Assembly: GCA_034004115.1 (NCBI GenBank)
Contig: JAVEXG010000001.1
Location: 1,153 to 65,152 of the forward strand
Length of the DNA: 64,000 bases
Direction of reading: 5' to 3'
Source: Bacteroidales bacterium
Lineage (GTDB): Bacteria > Bacteroidota > Bacteroidia > Bacteroidales > VadinHA17
Positions 1-8,724 of this stretch are shown in pieces. Each line of letters begins with the position of its first letter. Positions within the stretch are counted from its first letter, which is position 1. Under the pieces are notes generated by a model that was not told the DNA's origin, searched no databases, and worked only from the letters and a program-made list of their open reading frames with translations. The position numbers and the translations under genes are program-made.

Positions 1-56
1 TCCCTGAGGATTTGTCCCAGATCAGAGAATGATTCAATCCTTTCAGCAAGTGTCAT
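1..56 (-). CDS. 5' end of an unidentified CDS running off the left edge (visible: MTLAERIESFSDLGQILR)
   Basis: ATG at 56-54 on the minus strand, with the frame open to base 1. A TAAATTTG -7-type box lies at 84-77 on the same strand, about 20 nt upstream. 18 codons are too few for a product call. Confidence 0.3.
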   Translation of the reverse strand, partial: MTLAERIESFSDLGQILR

Positions 57-159
57 TATTGAATTATTTGAGGGGACAAATTTATCAAATAACCGCAGAT
101 GATTATCAGGTTGCATCATTTCAAACTGAATTGCCTGCCTGATTTTATTCTCTTTCACG

Positions 160-198
160 GAAACAGAAAAGCTGATCCCATGAAGAAGGATCAGCTTT
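160..198 (-). terminator. intrinsic terminator downstream of the TonB-C lipoprotein gene
   Basis: Perfect 11-bp stem AAAGCTGATCC (168-178) / GGATCAGCTTT (188-198) with a 9-nt loop. Read on the minus strand, it is followed by TTCTGTTTCC. Confidence 0.55.
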
Positions 199-230
199 AA
201 AGGTGTTGTAATTCAATACCCGGATGCCTG

Positions 231-752
231 CTATTGAAGTTTGAACTCAATCGGGATTGTATACCATACGGCAACAGCTTTCCCGTCCTTTCGTCCGGGT
301 TCAAAGGCGGGGAGCGAGCTTACCACCCGCAAAGCTTCCTGATCAAGGTCCGGATCGGCACCCTTTAAAACACTTGCCCGTCCTACAGTACCATCGGCCT
401 CAACAGCAAATCTGATTAAAACTTTTCCCTGCGTACCGGATAATTTGGATGACTCGGGATACCTGGTGTTTTCTTTAAGATAATTAAGAAGGCCCTTGTC
501 TCCTCCTTCAAATTCCGGCATCTGGTCAACCTCCGTGTAAGTATCAGCACCCGCTGTCTGACTCTCCTGAGGAGGTGGAGGTGGGGCTGGAGCAGGAGGC
601 GGGGGAGGAGGAGGCATAGTTTCGGCTGTTGTTTCATCACCGCCGCCCTTTTGACCACAACCCTGCATTGTGGTAAACATCAGAGCAACGACCGGGATGA
701 AGATCAACATTGCCATCCTGACCTGCCCTTTGAACACTTTTCTTGTTTCCAT
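231..752 (-). CDS. TonB C-terminal-domain protein, probable lipoprotein with poly-proline linker
   Basis: The ORF track gives 231..827, but that start is TTG. I prefer the ATG at 752 (METRKVF...). Signal peptide ends ...TTMQGC. PPPPPPPAPAPPPPP linker. C-terminal TonB-type pattern YPESSKLSGTQGKVLIRFAV...LDQEALRVV...FEPGRKDGKAVAVWYTIPIEF. Confidence 0.85.
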   Translation of the reverse strand: METRKVFKGQVRMAMLIFIPVVALMFTTMQGCGQKGGGDETTAETMPPPPPPPAPAPPPPPQESQTAGADTYTEVDQMPEFEGGDKGLLNYLKENTRYPESSKLSGTQGKVLIRFAVEADGTVGRASVLKGADPDLDQEALRVVSSLPAFEPGRKDGKAVAVWYTIPIEFKLQ

Positions 753-835
753 TTCAAATAGTTTTAGTTGTTTAGGTTTTACTGTCCCAATTTCGCAATG
801 AGCATTTGTATATGCGTAAAGATACAACGAAGTAC

Positions 836-851
836 TTAGTTATACAACTAA
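836..851. promoter_or_regulatory. palindromic operator candidate TTAGTT-ATAC-AACTAA
   Basis: 6-nt perfect inverted arms with a 4-nt spacer. It has the same core as the palindrome at 2666-2685. It lies between the M56 sensor gene end (905) and the TonB-C gene start (752). Confidence 0.45.
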
Positions 852-904
852 AAAGATAATTTTATTTACAGGTTACATTTTTTCCGGGGGAGCAGGGACT
901 ATTT

Positions 905-2209
905 TTACTTCAGTGTAAAGTTAATCGGGACCATATACCATACCGGTACGGCCTTGCCTCCCTGGCGACCCGGTTCGAATCGCGGGAGCAAACGGACAAC
1001 CCTGAGGGCTTCTGCGTCAAGATCAGGTGAGACTCCCTTTAAGACAGTTTCATGACCTGCCTTTCCCTGTTCGTCAACGGAAAACCTTACAATCACCTTA
1101 CCCTGTGTACCTGCTATTTTTGCTGATTCGGGGTATTTTGTGTTCTCCATAAGGAACCTAAGCAGGGCTGTTTCGCCACCCGGGAAATAAGGCATTTGTT
1201 CGACGACGACATAGGGTTCTGAATTCTTTGGGGGAGGTATCAGTTTCTGGCCTGCAGCTTCTTCTCCTGCCGGCGGCGGAGGAGGAGGCGGCGGGGGCAG
1301 ATATGCTTCCGCCAGTGTCTCGCCGGGAAGAGGGTTTTGCTCGGTGCAGGTCGAGAATGCTAGCAGGACTGAGGCAACAACCGGTATGATGATCAGTAAT
1401 TTCAGATTGGCAAGTGAAGTTGTGGGTTTCTTCGACATCATTATTATCCGTTTCTTAACCAGCGACGGATTTGAAAAGCTGTTTGAGATCCTGAATATCC
1501 GCGACCGGAATATCTGATTCAGAAGAAGTTTCTGGTAGGTGCTGACTGAAGTTCCCCTGCTGATACACTCCTGATCGGCCTGGTACTCGTGGACTGCCCT
1601 CAGTGACCTTTCAAAAAGGTGTATGGCCGGATTAAACCACTGAAGCGTCTTCATGAATTCGATAAAGACAATATCGGATGAATGGTTGTGATCGAGGTGG
1701 TTCTGTTCGTGCCTTATAATTTCTTTTTCTTCCTGATGCGACAGATTGCTGTTAATAAATATGTGTCCGAAAGCTGAAAAACCCGATGTGCAAAGTCCTT
1801 CAAGCCTGATAAGGTTTGATCCCCGGCTTCTTTTCCGTGCAATTAGGAAGAACAGTTCCAGCAGGTCGACTGCGAATTTTGCAAGGAAAAGCACAAGCCC
1901 GGAAACATAAACAATTGTAAGCCACTTGAAGACCGACAGTATCAGTACCGTCTTTTCAGTCATTGATCCTTCAGTGATGCTTCCGGTAATCAGGACTTCC
2001 GAAAGCACTTTTCCGAAAATGGGCAGATTAAGCGGTTTGCTTGTGTGTACCGTTATCAGGGGAAGTATCATGGCTGATAAAACCGAAATTATTATGAATG
2101 CCCTGTTCCGGCCGTGCATTGTATCGCGGTGAAGGAACATCCTGTATACAAACCAGAAAGCAGTAAGGTAGACTGCGGCTTTGGCCGAATAGATAATCAG
2201 CGGGTCCAT
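905..2209 (-). CDS. BlaR1/MecR1-type M56 metallopeptidase signal transducer fused to a TonB C-terminal domain
   Basis: Multi-TM N-terminus. HExxH zinc motif (IIRHEQNHLDH). PPPPPPPPP linker. C-terminal domain has the same TonB-C pattern as the neighbouring gene (YPESAKIAGTQGKVIVRFSV...LDAEALRVV...FEPGRQGGKAVPVWY). Overlaps blaI-like stop by 13 nt. Confidence 0.9.
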   Translation of the reverse strand: MDPLIIYSAKAAVYLTAFWFVYRMFLHRDTMHGRNRAFIIISVLSAMILPLITVHTSKPLNLPIFGKVLSEVLITGSITEGSMTEKTVLILSVFKWLTIVYVSGLVLFLAKFAVDLLELFFLIARKRSRGSNLIRLEGLCTSGFSAFGHIFINSNLSHQEEKEIIRHEQNHLDHNHSSDIVFIEFMKTLQWFNPAIHLFERSLRAVHEYQADQECISRGTSVSTYQKLLLNQIFRSRIFRISNSFSNPSLVKKRIIMMSKKPTTSLANLKLLIIIPVVASVLLAFSTCTEQNPLPGETLAEAYLPPPPPPPPPAGEEAAGQKLIPPPKNSEPYVVVEQMPYFPGGETALLRFLMENTKYPESAKIAGTQGKVIVRFSVDEQGKAGHETVLKGVSPDLDAEALRVVRLLPRFEPGRQGGKAVPVWYMVPINFTLK

Positions 2210-2601
2210 TTTTCAGTGTTCTGTTTTTTCATTTCAGTTTCCATGATCCTCATGATCTCTCCCATCTCCCTCACCGAAATGCTCTTTTCACTGGCGAAAA
2301 AACTTACCATCTTCTCAAAGGAGTTGGAGAAATAATCCTTAACGAAATTATTCAGATGCGCCTTGGAATAGTCGCTTTTCGAAATAAGAGGATAATACTC
2401 ATGTGTCCTGCCGTAAGCCTTATGAGCCACGAATCCTTTGTCCTGAAGTATTCGTACTATTGTGCTTACCGTATTGTAGGCCGGTTTCGGATCTTCGAAG
2501 TGCCCGAGAATATCCTTTACAAATCCCTTCCTGATCTTCCAGAGCACCTGCATTACCTGTTCTTCAGCACGTGTCAGTTCTCTTATGACTTCCTGTTTCA
2601 T
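2197..2601 (-). CDS. BlaI/MecI/CopY-family winged-helix transcriptional repressor
   Basis: 134 aa. N-terminal LTRAEEQVMQVLW...TVSTIVRILQDKGFV pattern typical of the penicillinase-repressor family. It lies immediately upstream of the M56 sensor gene and overlaps it. Confidence 0.9.
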   Translation of the reverse strand: MKQEVIRELTRAEEQVMQVLWKIRKGFVKDILGHFEDPKPAYNTVSTIVRILQDKGFVAHKAYGRTHEYYPLISKSDYSKAHLNNFVKDYFSNSFEKMVSFFASEKSISVREMGEIMRIMETEMKKQNTEKWTR

Positions 2602-2665
2602 TTCTTATAAGCTTTTACTTCCTGAACCTCAATCCTGAACACTATATACAAATTTAAAACGAATA

Positions 2666-2685
2666 AGTTAGTTTTACAACTAACT
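2666..2685. promoter_or_regulatory. palindromic operator candidate AGTTAGTT-TTAC-AACTAACT
   Basis: Perfect 8-nt inverted arms with a 4-nt spacer. It sits in the divergent spacer 65 nt upstream of the blaI-like start (2601) and 83 nt upstream of the permease ATG (2768). Confidence 0.5.
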
Positions 2686-2767
2686 CGTTAATTATTTTTT
2701 ATGTTCGTCTTTCAATTAAAAAATAGTGTACTTTTATTTTTTTTCGGTGTTTTTAAGTATTGAGGAA

Positions 2768-4021
2768 ATGAGTCTGGTAAAAAGAGTAGGTATTTTCAAG
2801 GATAACCTTAGGATTGCAATAAGGGCAATAAGCTCCAACAGGTTGAGGGCTATTCTTACAATGTCAATAATCGCTTTCGGTATAATGGCTCTGGTAGGGA
2901 TACTGACTGCAATTGATGCAATCAAGTCGTCACTGACATCTCAGTTTACAATGATGGGAGCCAACTCTTTCACAATCTCCTCCAGGGGAATGAATGTGCA
3001 GGTGGGAAATGACAGGAGGCGTATCAGAAACCATTCTCTTATCACATACCACCAGGCCATGGAATTCAGGGAGTTGTTCACCGAACCTGCCTGGGTGTCG
3101 GTTTCATTCAATGCAACCGGTATGTCGACAGTTAAATACGGATCGGAGGAGACTAACCCGAATGTGAGCCTTATGGGTGTCGACGAGAACTATCTTGCAG
3201 TATCGGGTTATGAGGTTGAGAGAGGAAGAAATTTCAGTCCGGATGAGATACAAATGAACAGGCGTCTTGTCCTGCTTGGGTCTGAAATCGCATCTGATCT
3301 TTTTCCGGCAGGCGTAGACCCTATCGGTAAGGATGTATCCGTTGCAGGATTGAAGCTCCAGGTTGCCGGAATTCTGAAAAGCAAGGGAGCCAGCCAGTTG
3401 TCGGGCGATAATATCTGCCTGATGCCTGTTTCGGCAGCCCGGCAGTATTTTTCCCGCCCGAACATGAATTACAGCATCACTATCATGCCGATAAATCCTG
3501 TCAATCTTGACGTTATGGCAGGACAGGCCGAGGGTGTGTTCAGGATTGTCAGGAACCTCGATCCGTCGGATGAATCTGATTTCAACGTGGTAAAGAGTGA
3601 TACAATCCTGAATATGCTGCTTAAAAACATTCGTTATGTCACTCTTGCTGCCACCCTTATCGGAATTGTAACCCTCTTCGGTGCCGCAGTGGGTCTGATG
3701 AATATTATGCTGGTTTCGGTAACTGAGCGTACACGCGAAATAGGAGTGAGGAAGGCTGTCGGCGCCAAACCAAAAACTATAAAGTACCAGTTTCTTTTTG
3801 AATCGATCATGATAGGACAACTGGGTGGAATTTTCGGGATAATCCTGGGGATTATTATCGGCAATGCCGTATCTTCAATGCTAAGATCCAGTTTTGTGAT
3901 TCCATGGTTGTGGGTGACAATGGGGATAGTTGTGTGTTTTATTGTTGGTGTTGTATCAGGTTACGCTCCGGCAGTGAAAGCAGCCAATATAGATCCCATC
4001 AAGGCTCTCCACTACGAATAA
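2768..4021 (+). CDS. MacB/FtsX-type ABC transporter permease (no ATPase gene adjacent)
   Basis: The ORF track starts at 2726. The ATG at 2768 gives MSLVKRVGIFKDNLRIAIRAISSNRLR, a typical MacB-type N-terminus. A large periplasmic domain sits between TM1 and TM2. The C-terminal FtsX domain has the RTREIGVRKAVGA motif. Confidence 0.9.
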   Translation: MSLVKRVGIFKDNLRIAIRAISSNRLRAILTMSIIAFGIMALVGILTAIDAIKSSLTSQFTMMGANSFTISSRGMNVQVGNDRRRIRNHSLITYHQAMEFRELFTEPAWVSVSFNATGMSTVKYGSEETNPNVSLMGVDENYLAVSGYEVERGRNFSPDEIQMNRRLVLLGSEIASDLFPAGVDPIGKDVSVAGLKLQVAGILKSKGASQLSGDNICLMPVSAARQYFSRPNMNYSITIMPINPVNLDVMAGQAEGVFRIVRNLDPSDESDFNVVKSDTILNMLLKNIRYVTLAATLIGIVTLFGAAVGLMNIMLVSVTERTREIGVRKAVGAKPKTIKYQFLFESIMIGQLGGIFGIILGIIIGNAVSSMLRSSFVIPWLWVTMGIVVCFIVGVVSGYAPAVKAANIDPIKALHYE

Positions 4022-4025
4022 AAAA

Positions 4026-4046
4026 AGCTGTCCCGTAAGGACAGCT
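4026..4046. terminator. bidirectional intrinsic terminator between convergent permease and gap genes
   Basis: 8-bp stem AGCTGTCC / GGACAGCT with a 5-nt loop. It is flanked by A6 upstream and CTTAATTTTT downstream. Confidence 0.7.
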
Positions 4047-4074
4047 CTTAATTTTTATAAGGTATTGTGTACTG

Positions 4075-5109
<1,035 letters not shown>

Positions 5110-5118
5110 TTAAACGCA

Positions 5119-5126
5119 CAAAGATA
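5119..5126 (-). promoter_or_regulatory. -7 box (TATCTTTG) of probable gap promoter
   Basis: Matches the Bacteroidota TAnnTTTG consensus on the minus strand, 37 nt upstream of the gap ATG. An upstream TTTG (5145-5142) is only 15 nt away, shorter than the usual spacing. Confidence 0.45.
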
Positions 5127-5155
5127 TGGATTTTTTCCGTGCAAACGACCGGATG

Positions 5156-5962
5156 TTAATAATTTGCAGGAGTCCTCTTCCTTCTGAAGATATAGGATAT
5201 TTTGTTGGTTTCCGGATTTAAGGGATCAATTACAACCCCGAATCTGTAACTGATAAATAATGAGAAATATATAGCTTTGTTGTCGACCGTTGCCATTATA
5301 GGGATCTTTTTTGGGTAAGCGCTGAAGGCAAGCCCGGCTTCAACGGCATGAATAAGTTTTTCTTCCTTGCTGTACTCGAAATTCAGTCCTCCCTTGGCGT
5401 AAAGCCCGGGAATCATCTTCAGTTCGCTCAGTCCTTTCGTGAACGGCGCCCTGCTGTAAATGTCGTAAGGCGGGTGCGTAATGACATCCAGCTTTTCCTC
5501 TACTATATCAAACTCGTAAGCTGAAACAGGATACAGTATCTTGTAGTAGATGGGTTTATAAAATGCAAGGGACGGTCCTCCGGAAATAAAATACCTGACC
5601 GCAACCCCTCCGAGATCTGCCTTTTTGAAAATCTCATGCTGGAAACCAAAGCTTCCTCTGAGATAAACAGGGAAATTCATCTTTCCGTAAACAAAGGTGC
5701 CTGGTGTCTGGTAATAAGGATTTGACTCCCTGTATTCCTTGGGATGCTTGATCGTGCCTGCTTCAATCTCGAAATATCTCTTGTTAAGATAGTTGATCCT
5801 CTTTGCTTCACGGAAGCTTATACCATAACCATCTGAATTGAGGAGAATCCCGAAAGACCTTTCATTTCTGAAAAAGATCTTCTGCTGCTCGTCAAGTTCA
5901 CCCTGCCCGTTTACCGGAATTGCACAAAATCCAACAAGAAAAATAATAAGCAGCTTCTTCAT
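5156..5962 (-). CDS. hypothetical secreted/outer-membrane protein
   Basis: 268 aa. Clear signal peptide (MKKLLIIFLVGFCAIPVNGQ). Aromatic-rich alternating pattern with a C-terminal ...SYRFGVV region consistent with a beta-barrel. I do not recognise a family. Confidence 0.7.
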   Translation of the reverse strand: MKKLLIIFLVGFCAIPVNGQGELDEQQKIFFRNERSFGILLNSDGYGISFREAKRINYLNKRYFEIEAGTIKHPKEYRESNPYYQTPGTFVYGKMNFPVYLRGSFGFQHEIFKKADLGGVAVRYFISGGPSLAFYKPIYYKILYPVSAYEFDIVEEKLDVITHPPYDIYSRAPFTKGLSELKMIPGLYAKGGLNFEYSKEEKLIHAVEAGLAFSAYPKKIPIMATVDNKAIYFSLFISYRFGVVIDPLNPETNKISYIFRRKRTPANY

Positions 5963-6010
5963 TTCAATATGCTAACTTACAGGACCAGAACCCAGGAAAC
6001 TACGATCTGT

Positions 6011-6136
6011 TCAGCCGATGTTCCCTGCCTGTTCGGTCTCAGCTTCAGCATATGCCGGACAAGCCTTGTTATTGCAGGCTCCGGTAAAAATAGCAGTGAT
6101 AACACAGACGAACAGGATAATAGCAAACTTTTTCAT
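6011..6136 (-). CDS. 41-aa putative lipoprotein (below ORF-track cutoff)
   Basis: My own translation of the minus strand gives MKKFAIILFVCVITAIFTGACNNKACPAYAEAETEQAGNIG. It has a classic signal peptide plus lipobox (FTGAC). It lies 48 nt upstream of the 5156..5962 gene on the same strand. Confidence 0.5.
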   Translation of the reverse strand: MKKFAIILFVCVITAIFTGACNNKACPAYAEAETEQAGNIG

Positions 6137-6312
6137 AAAACCTTGCTTTTAATAAGACACAAAAGTAAAACAATCATTTAATAAACAACTTTCATGCCGT
6201 TTTATTTTGTCCGGGCAAAAATTAAGCCTTACCAATTATGGCACGATTTTGTTACATATTCTAAACATATTTTTTGCATTTTTGTTGTATCATTCACACA
6301 CTCATTTTTGTG

Positions 6313-7236
6313 ATGAAAGCACTATTAACTACAATATTATTGATTATTCTTATGAGCATTAACTCTTTTTCACAGGAGAAGCTTCCCTACAACAGCCTGT
6401 CGAAACAGGAATCGCGGGTCATTGAAGAGAAAGGGACAGAGGCTCCGTTTACTGGCAAATACACCGATCATTCCGGCCAGGGTACTTACCTTTGCAGGAA
6501 ATGCGGAGCAGCCCTCTATAACTCGTCCTCCAAGTTTAAATCCGATTGCGGCTGGCCAAGCTTTGACGACGAAATCAAGGGGGCTGTCAACAGGTTTCCC
6601 GATCCTGACGGGATGAGAACGGAGATAGTATGCGCCAACTGCGGGGCCCATCTTGGCCATGTCTTTACGGGGGAACGCTTAACCTCAAAGAACATCCGCC
6701 ATTGCGTAAATTCAATATCGCTCGAGTTTGTTCCCTCCGAACTGACGCCGGGAAGATACGGGACTGCAGTATTTGCAGGCGGCTGCTTCTGGGGAGTTGA
6801 ATACTTCCTGCAGAAGGAACCGGGCGTAATCTCCGTTACCTCGGGATTTATGGGAGGCCATGTGAAAAATCCGTCTTACAGGGAGGTATGTACAGGCAAT
6901 ACCGGTCATGCTGAAGCTGTTAAGGTAATATATGATCCGGATAAGACATCCTACGAGACTCTCCTTAAGCTCTTCCTTGAGATTCACGATCCGACCCAGG
7001 TGGGTGGTCAGGGTCCCGATTTAGGCGACCAGTACCGGTCAGAGATTTTTTTCATGAACGATGAACAGAAACTGATTGCCGAAAAAAATGTCGGCATACT
7101 GAAGTCAAAGGGACTTAAAGTGGCAACAGCGATTACAAAGGCCTCAGAGTTCTGGGATGCTGAAGGATATCACCAGGACTACTATTTCAAAAACGGCAAA
7201 TTGCCCTACTGCCATGGCTATACCAAAAGATTCTGA
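6313..7236 (+). CDS. msrBA: secreted bifunctional methionine sulfoxide reductase MsrB-MsrA
   Basis: The ORF track starts at 6274. The ATG at 6313 gives the signal peptide MKALLTTILLIILMSINSFS. The MsrB half has CRKCGAAL / CANCGAHLGHVF zinc cysteines and RHCVNS. The MsrA half has the GGCFWGVE active site. Confidence 0.93.
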   Translation: MKALLTTILLIILMSINSFSQEKLPYNSLSKQESRVIEEKGTEAPFTGKYTDHSGQGTYLCRKCGAALYNSSSKFKSDCGWPSFDDEIKGAVNRFPDPDGMRTEIVCANCGAHLGHVFTGERLTSKNIRHCVNSISLEFVPSELTPGRYGTAVFAGGCFWGVEYFLQKEPGVISVTSGFMGGHVKNPSYREVCTGNTGHAEAVKVIYDPDKTSYETLLKLFLEIHDPTQVGGQGPDLGDQYRSEIFFMNDEQKLIAEKNVGILKSKGLKVATAITKASEFWDAEGYHQDYYFKNGKLPYCHGYTKRF

Positions 7237-7262
7237 ATGAAGAATCAGTCATTTATTGAAAA

Positions 7263-7391
7263 ATGAGATACTCAATGCTTTCAATGCTGGCCGGAGCCAT
7301 CGACAACAGGACAATAATGGTTTCGTCCATCATTGTCCTTTCTGTCATAATAATTACAGGCTACTTCCTTCTTCGCAGAAGGCGGAAATAA
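7263..7391 (+). CDS. 42-aa putative single-pass membrane peptide (below ORF-track cutoff)
   Basis: My own translation gives MRYSMLSMLAGAIDNRTIMVSSIIVLSVIIITGYFLLRRRRK. It has a hydrophobic helix followed by a polybasic tail. It starts 27 nt after the msrBA stop on the same strand. Confidence 0.3.
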   Translation: MRYSMLSMLAGAIDNRTIMVSSIIVLSVIIITGYFLLRRRRK

Positions 7392-7397
7392 ATAAAC

Positions 7398-7530
7398 CTG
7401 GTTGCTGGTTACCAGCCTTCGCTTAAGCTACGGCCGGTAAAACCGGGTGTTTATTGCTGGTTGGCAGTTGGCAGGAGGCAGTACCGCACGCCGCGTGCCG
7501 CGTACCGCACACCGACTAACCCGCAACCAG
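7398..7530. repeat. structured GC-rich spacer built from heptamer tracts and bounded by a 14-nt inverted repeat
   Basis: CTGGTTGCTGGTTA (7398-7411) is the near-perfect inverse (13/14) of TAACCCGCAACCAG (7517-7530). Inside are (TTGGCAG)2-GAGGCAG at 7461-7481 and CCGCACG-CCGCGTG-CCGCGTA-CCGCACA at 7484-7511. Confidence 0.7.
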
Positions 7531-7538
7531 CCTTTAGT

Positions 7539-8672
7539 TCATATTTTGACCCAGACGTTACCTTTCTTATTGGATTCTACAACGGAGTGAATGAACTTCA
7601 TCCCCCGCACTCCGTCGTGAACGGTCGGAAACTCCCCCGGATCAAAATTCTGCCCCCTGATTGATTTGGCTGTTCCCTTATATATATTGGCCAGAGCCTC
7701 ATAAATACCTTCGGGATGTCCCGACGGCATTGTATGACTGGCTTCGGCAAGCTTTTCATTGTAACCGTGAGCAGGCTTGTATATCCTTGTAGGTTCAGTG
7801 TCGCTCAGCATGTAAAGGTAATTGGGATTCTCCTGCCCCCATTTCAGGCTTGCCTTCGATCCGTAAATGGCAAGGGTTAATCCATTTTCCTCTCCGCCGC
7901 ATACCTGGCTTGCCCTTATTACTCCCTTAAGGTTCTTTCCGAACCTGAGGAGGACGGTACCGTCGAGGTCGAGACTGACATCATCCTTTACACTGCTCAG
8001 GTCGGATAGGATTTCCTTAATTTCCAGTCCTGTAGTATATTCGATGAGATTAAAGGCATGTACCCCTATGTCACCCATGCAGCTGCTGACTCCCGCATGC
8101 TTCGGATCGAGCCTCCACACTCCCGTGATCCTGCTCTCCGTTCCGTGAATTATCGAGTTGATCCATCCCTGGTAATACTGGGCATCAATACGCTGGATGG
8201 TTCCCAGAACTCCTGAGGCCACAAGGTCCCTCATCTGCCGTACCATCGGATATCCTGTATACGTGTGAGTAAGAGCAAATGTGAGCCCGGTTTTGGCAAC
8301 TTGTCTTTCCAGTTCAACAGCTTCCTCAACTGTCATTGTCATAGGCTTCTCGCATACCAGGTGGAACCCGTAACGAAGGAGCTTTGTTGCGAACGGAAAA
8401 TGAAGCGCATTGGGTGTTACTATCGATACGCTCTGCATCCGTTTGTCGGCTGGTAATTTAAGCTCGGATTCTATCATGGCATCGACGCTCTCATAGCAGC
8501 GGCTCAGGTCGATTCCCTCCATTGCGGCAAACTCCTTGCTGCGTTCATAATTTGCATCAAATACACCGCAAACAAGTTCGAAATCGTTGCAAATACGTGA
8601 GGCTCTGCGATGGGCATCCCCTATGAATGCCCCGAAACCGCCTCCGATCATACCCATTCTGATCTTCTTCAT
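7539..8672 (-). CDS. Gfo/Idh/MocA-family NAD(P)-dependent oxidoreductase
   Basis: 377 aa. N-terminal Rossmann motif (IRMGMIGGGFGAFIG) and the typical C-terminal alpha/beta domain of the family. Confidence 0.88.
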   Translation of the reverse strand: MKKIRMGMIGGGFGAFIGDAHRRASRICNDFELVCGVFDANYERSKEFAAMEGIDLSRCYESVDAMIESELKLPADKRMQSVSIVTPNALHFPFATKLLRYGFHLVCEKPMTMTVEEAVELERQVAKTGLTFALTHTYTGYPMVRQMRDLVASGVLGTIQRIDAQYYQGWINSIIHGTESRITGVWRLDPKHAGVSSCMGDIGVHAFNLIEYTTGLEIKEILSDLSSVKDDVSLDLDGTVLLRFGKNLKGVIRASQVCGGEENGLTLAIYGSKASLKWGQENPNYLYMLSDTEPTRIYKPAHGYNEKLAEASHTMPSGHPEGIYEALANIYKGTAKSIRGQNFDPGEFPTVHDGVRGMKFIHSVVESNKKGNVWVKI

Positions 8673-8724
8673 AATTTTATTTTTTATTTGATTCTTGTCT
8701 CTTATTTTGATTTATTTTCAAATC

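Noticed and set aside
3104-3820. 238-aa minus-strand ORF inside the ABC permease gene
   Set aside because: It is antisense to a permease with clear family motifs and has no recognisable motifs of its own.
5969-6181. 70-aa plus-strand ORF between the hypothetical barrel gene and msrBA
   Set aside because: It has no signal or motif. The opposite strand carries a far more convincing 41-aa lipoprotein ORF (6011..6136).
7461-7664. 67-aa ORF (MAVGRRQYRTPRAAYRTPTNP…)
   Set aside because: Its first half is the heptamer repeat translated, and its second half is antisense to the 3' end of the Gfo/Idh/MocA gene.
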